DNA from: Bdellovibrionota bacterium
GTDB lineage: Bacteria; Bdellovibrionota_C; UBA2361; CALJRW01
Assembly: GCA_041740355.1 (NCBI GenBank)
Contig: JBGSMD010000051.1
Span: 128,001-192,000 of the forward strand
DNA: 64,000 nucleotides
Reading direction: 5' to 3'
Part shown: in pieces, positions 60,385-64,000 of the stretch
Layout: every line of letters starts with the position of its first letter
Numbering within the stretch: the first letter of the stretch is position 1
Made by a program: the position numbers and the translations under genes
Notes under the pieces: model-generated
Databases searched by the model: none
What the model was told of the DNA's origin: nothing
What the model saw: only the letters and a program-made list of their open reading frames with translations

Positions 60385-60515
60385 TAGTAATAGATTTTGC
60401 TAGATTACTTTTTGAGACTTTCTATCCCTCGGAGGGGTAGTAAAATCATATAGTTATTACAAAAAACAAGCTGCTCTATTTTGTTTATATGTATTTTATT
60501 TGGGGGAATAACTAT
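60385..60515. mobile_element. Composite MITE cassette A'-C-B upstream of ohr
   Basis: ATTACTTTTTGAGACTTTCTATCCCTCGGAGGGGTAGTAAAATCATATAGTTATTACAAAAAAC..TAACTAT. Confidence 0.7.
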
Positions 60516-60610
60516 GTATTACCTAGCTATTTTTAAAATCTATTAATTTCGCTAAACTCTAATTTTAATTTACTAAAACAAGATAAATTTATTTTTAAAA
60601 GAGAATTACC

Positions 60611-61054
60611 ATGGATCAAAATGTGAAAACTATCTTAGAAACTGTATTATATAAGGCAACTGCCACTGCTACAGGTGGAAGAGAAGGCCGAGCAACCTCG
60701 TCTGATGGTATCTTAGATCTTAAATTGACAACTCCAAAAGAACTTGGTGGGAATGGAGCAGCGGGGACAAACCCAGAACAATTATTTGCTTGTGGATATT
60801 CGGCATGTTTCTTAGGAGCACTTAAATATGTAGCTAGCTTAGAAAAAGTTACTCTAACTCCAGAAACTTCTATTACTGGGACAGTTGGTATCGGAAAAAT
60901 AACAACAGGTTTTGGTATCGAAGTAGAATTAAAGATTTCTGTCCCCGGTGTAGAGAAAGCTATTGCTGAAAGTTTAGTTCAGAAAGCGCATATCGTTTGT
61001 CCTTACTCTAATGCTACTAAGGGCAATATCAAGGTGAATTTAATAGTAGTTTAG
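60611..61054 (+). CDS. ohr: Organic hydroperoxide resistance protein
   Basis: [32 protein letters not shown]. Confidence 0.97.
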   Translation: MDQNVKTILETVLYKATATATGGREGRATSSDGILDLKLTTPKELGGNGAAGTNPEQLFACGYSACFLGALKYVASLEKVTLTPETSITGTVGIGKITTGFGIEVELKISVPGVEKAIAESLVQKAHIVCPYSNATKGNIKVNLIVV

Positions 61055-61074
61055 TGTTACTATGAAAATGGGTT

Positions 61075-61102
61075 TGTTCTCTGGAAAAAATTCCAGAGAA
61101 CA
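61075..61102. terminator. Hairpin between convergent ohr and alkene reductase
   Basis: TGTTCTCTGGAA-aaaa-TTCCAGAGAACA. Confidence 0.7.
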
Positions 61103-61117
61103 CAATTTTAAATGAAT

Positions 61118-62167
61118 TTAGAGACTTGGATAGGTAGTATATCCCTCTGGCCCATCACCATAAAAAGTACTTGAATCTGGTTCATTTAACAAAGCATTAC
61201 TTTTAAATCTTTCTATTAAATCAGGATTAGCTATATAAAGCTTCCCGAAGGCAACTGCATCGGCACTTCCTTCAGTTAAGGCCCGCTCGGCAGTCTCCTG
61301 ACTAAAATTTTCATTAGTAATATAAACTCCACCAAAATCTTTTTTTAGCTGAGTACCAAGACTATCCTCTTTTTGTGCTTCTCGTGCGCAAATAAAAGCA
61401 ATCTTTCGTTTCCCTAATTCTTTAGCAACATAACTAAAAGTTGCTGCCCGATTAGAGTCTCCCATAGAATGAGCATCCGCGCGTGGAGCCAGGTGCATTC
61501 CTACGCGATCTGCACCCCAGACAGAGATTACTGCGTCTGTTACTTCCAACATTAATCTAGCGCGTTTATCAATTGAACCTCCGTATTCGTCTTCACGCTG
61601 GTTGGTACTGTCTTGTAAAAATTGATCTAACAAATAGCCATTCGCACCATGGATTTCTACACCATCAAATCCTGCTTCCAGAGCATTGGCTGCACCTTTC
61701 CGATAAGCTTCAATAATCCCTGGAATCTCCTCTAGCTCTAATGCACGAGGAGTCACATAATTTTTCATCGGACGAATCAGGCTAACATGACCAACGGCTG
61801 CGATAGCACTTGGTGCTACTGGCAATTGACCATCTAAATAAATTGGATCAGAGACACGACCAACATGCCAAAGTTGCATAAAAATTCTCCCTCCAGCTTG
61901 ATGTACAGCTGATGTTATTAATTTCCAACCAGCTACTTGATCATTTGACCAAATACCGGGAGTATTTGGATATCCGACTCCAAGTGGATCAACTGAAGTT
62001 GCTTCAGTAAGGATTAGCCCAGCTGTTGAACGCTGGCGATAATACTCGGCCATCATGGAATTTGGGACTCTTCCCGCACTGGCACGAGTACGGGTCAATG
62101 GAGCCATAATAATTCTGTTTGGAATTGTTAAACGACCTATCTGTAATGGTTCAAAGATTTTGCTCAT
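61118..62167 (-). CDS. Old yellow enzyme family alkene reductase (NemA/XenB-like)
   Basis: MAPLTR, QLWHVGR, EIHGANGYLLDQF, IANPDL, GYTTYP. Confidence 0.95.
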   Translation of the reverse strand: MSKIFEPLQIGRLTIPNRIIMAPLTRTRASAGRVPNSMMAEYYRQRSTAGLILTEATSVDPLGVGYPNTPGIWSNDQVAGWKLITSAVHQAGGRIFMQLWHVGRVSDPIYLDGQLPVAPSAIAAVGHVSLIRPMKNYVTPRALELEEIPGIIEAYRKGAANALEAGFDGVEIHGANGYLLDQFLQDSTNQREDEYGGSIDKRARLMLEVTDAVISVWGADRVGMHLAPRADAHSMGDSNRAATFSYVAKELGKRKIAFICAREAQKEDSLGTQLKKDFGGVYITNENFSQETAERALTEGSADAVAFGKLYIANPDLIERFKSNALLNEPDSSTFYGDGPEGYTTYPSL

Positions 62168-62194
62168 GGTTTATAATTTATAGTTAAACATTAA

Positions 62195-62236
62195 AGTTCA
62201 TTAGTTCATATAATAAGAACTAATGAACTATGTCAA
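62195..62236. promoter_or_regulatory. Palindromic operator and divergent promoters between alkene reductase and ArsR
   Basis: AGTTCATTAGTTC-N9-GAACTAATGAACT; TATAAT (+) 62209-62214; TTGACA (-) 62236-62231. Confidence 0.7.
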
Positions 62237-62306
62237 CTAAATATTAATTGTAATTTGTAGAAGAATAAGGCACAATACTCTTGTCGTCTTTCTTTTGAGG
62301 CTTTCT

Positions 62307-62675
62307 ATGGGCAGCAGACCTTTAAATCATCCGCCGATTGAACAAGTTACAGTCCCTGGGATTCTTTACGCTCTTTCCGACCCGATTCGTCTCACAATAG
62401 TTGTTACACTTTATCAGCAAAAATCCTGCCTTAACTGCACAGCTGCTTTAAAGCAAGTTCGAGGTAAATTACCAAAATCAACTTGCTCTCAACATTTTCA
62501 AATTCTTCGTGAAGCGGGAATAATTATCTGTGAACGTCGCGGTGTAGAACTTGCGAGTAAATTAAGACTGGCTGAGCTAGAAACTAAATTTCCAAAGTTA
62601 CTGGTAACGATTCTAAAAACTCACCAAATCGAAAGTAAAAAAACTTTAACCAAGAAGAGAGTCAGACACACTTAA
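62307..62675 (+). CDS. ArsR family transcriptional regulator
   Basis: ALSDPIRL, PKSTCSQHFQILREAGII, LETKFPKLL; GAGG RBS before ATG 62307. Confidence 0.92.
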   Translation: MGSRPLNHPPIEQVTVPGILYALSDPIRLTIVVTLYQQKSCLNCTAALKQVRGKLPKSTCSQHFQILREAGIIICERRGVELASKLRLAELETKFPKLLVTILKTHQIESKKTLTKKRVRHT

Positions 62676-62686
62676 AATAATTTCTT

Positions 62687-64000
62687 ATGTCAAAAAATGA
62701 CGTCTTTGATTATAGCAATAAAGAACTAATTATTGATATCGCTAGCTTTATTAAGCCTTATAAAAGAACTTTCTTTTTAGGGTCATTTTGTCGGGCTACA
62801 AGTGATCTTGTCTGGCTATTTCCAGTCTGGGCACTTTCAGAAATTATTACCTTCACTGCAAATTATCAGCTAGGAGCTAGTACAACCTATGCCTGGCAAT
62901 TATTAATAGCGATAGCAATTGTCGCAATTTATCATTTTATCTTTCACGACATTGCCAAATATTTAATTTACCAAATTGCTGAAAAAGCACGATTAGCGGC
63001 AACAAAGAAAACTCTTCGGCATCTTTTTGACCTAGACTTGCAGTGGCATGAACAGGAGAATAGTGGCAATAAAATGCAACGAATCATGAACGGTGGTGTA
63101 AGCATTGATAATATTATTCGAATGTATGTTGATTCTGTAATTGAGTCTTCGATTAACTTAGTAGCCATCTTAATTATTTTGACTTCTCTCCACTGGGGCT
63201 TTGCCTTAATGTTAATTTTTTTCTTTGTTTCCTATTACGTGCTATCACTAAAACTTACAGACCAAGTGGTAAAACAATCACATTTAACAAACCTTGAGTG
63301 GGAGAGTTTTAGTGGTTTGGCTTTTGAATCGATTAATAATATTTCGATTATGAAATCCTTACGGATCGCCGATCGAATCTTTCCCTTTATTGAAAAAATA
63401 AGCAGGAGTCTATTTGAGAAAATTCGCTTGAGAATATTTTATTTTCGACTTCGATCTGGAGTACTAAATATTTATCAAGAGTTTTTCAGAGTACTCCTGT
63501 TAGCTTTCACCATGTGGCAAATCTTTAATGGTCAACTTGCTGTTGGAGTCTTAGCGCTGGTTCTGCTTTATTTCAAAAAAATCGAAGAGGCTTCGTTTGA
63601 ATTTGCGGAAACTTATAATAAGTTTGTGACAGCCAAGATTGCCATTCTGCGAATGAAGGAAATTTTACGAACAGAACCTGAAGTTGAAAACTCAGGCAAC
63701 AAAGATTTCAATCCTAATTGGGCGCAAATGGAATTTAAAAATGTAAGTTTTTCTTACCAAGGACAAAAAATACTGCATGATTTTTCCTTATCCATCCGCA
63801 AAGGAGAGAAAATTGGGATTGTTGGAATTTCCGGAACTGGCAAATCAACCTTATTCAAATTAGCTTTAAAATTATACAACAATTACCAAGGTGAAATTCT
63901 TTTTGACGAACAACGCTTACGAGACATTAGAAGAGAATCTTACATGCAAAAAATTGCTGTTGTTCCTCAAGAAACTGAACTATTTAACCTATCTCTGGAG
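62687..64000 (+). CDS. ABC exporter, TMD + NBD; truncated by the window end, missing from the ORF track
   Basis: Open frame from ATG 62687: TM helices, FKNVSFSY, Walker A GISGTGKST, Q-loop VPQE. Confidence 0.93.
   Translation, partial: MSKNDVFDYSNKELIIDIASFIKPYKRTFFLGSFCRATSDLVWLFPVWALSEIITFTANYQLGASTTYAWQLLIAIAIVAIYHFIFHDIAKYLIYQIAEKARLAATKKTLRHLFDLDLQWHEQENSGNKMQRIMNGGVSIDNIIRMYVDSVIESSINLVAILIILTSLHWGFALMLIFFFVSYYVLSLKLTDQVVKQSHLTNLEWESFSGLAFESINNISIMKSLRIADRIFPFIEKISRSLFEKIRLRIFYFRLRSGVLNIYQEFFRVLLLAFTMWQIFNGQLAVGVLALVLLYFKKIEEASFEFAETYNKFVTAKIAILRMKEILRTEPEVENSGNKDFNPNWAQMEFKNVSFSYQGQKILHDFSLSIRKGEKIGIVGISGTGKSTLFKLALKLYNNYQGEILFDEQRLRDIRRESYMQKIAVVPQETELFNLSLE

Noticed and set aside
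25434-60515. Dispersed A-C-B repeats as CRISPR or integron attC sites
   Set aside because: Not regularly spaced, lack RYYYAAC/GTTRRRY ends, flank housekeeping genes, no integrase
2068-63168. Many short antisense or alternate-frame ORFs in the track (e.g. 2307, 10655, 28629, 38800, 45076, 62968)
   Set aside because: Shadows of well-supported genes, no motifs

Overview
AT-rich bacterial chromosome segment, mostly housekeeping. Gene content suggests a Bdellovibrionota/'Deltaproteobacteria'-like lineage with some Bacteroidota-like genes (inference, no search run). It carries hisA-F-IE, msrB, dciA, ftsB, eno-lnt-OmpA, ahcY, mscL, purC, def-fmt-rpe-plsY, a stand-alone rpsD, ilvE, clpX, murA-hda, an ArsR/rhodanese/CoA-disulfide-reductase operon, a cbb3 oxidase locus (hemN, ccoNO-Q-P-G, Rrf2, ccoI-S), envelope/glycan genes, several large orphan ORFs, two pilin-like genes, ohr, an old-yellow-enzyme/ArsR pair and a truncated ABC exporter. 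Three CDSs are missing from the ORF track: ribosomal protein bTHX, ccoQ and the ABC exporter. The most notable sequence-level observations are: (1) a 26-bp palindromic operator repeated four times across the cbb3 locus, linking an uncharacterised beta-barrel gene and a Cys-extended HemN to a putative Rrf2 regulon; (2) several families of short TATAG-ended, Correia-like MITEs assembled into recurring composite cassettes in many intergenic regions; (3) a set of glycine-zipper/coiled-coil lipoproteins; (4) candidate structured RNAs (6S-like, ahcY leader). I saw no CRISPR array, tRNA, rRNA or transposase.
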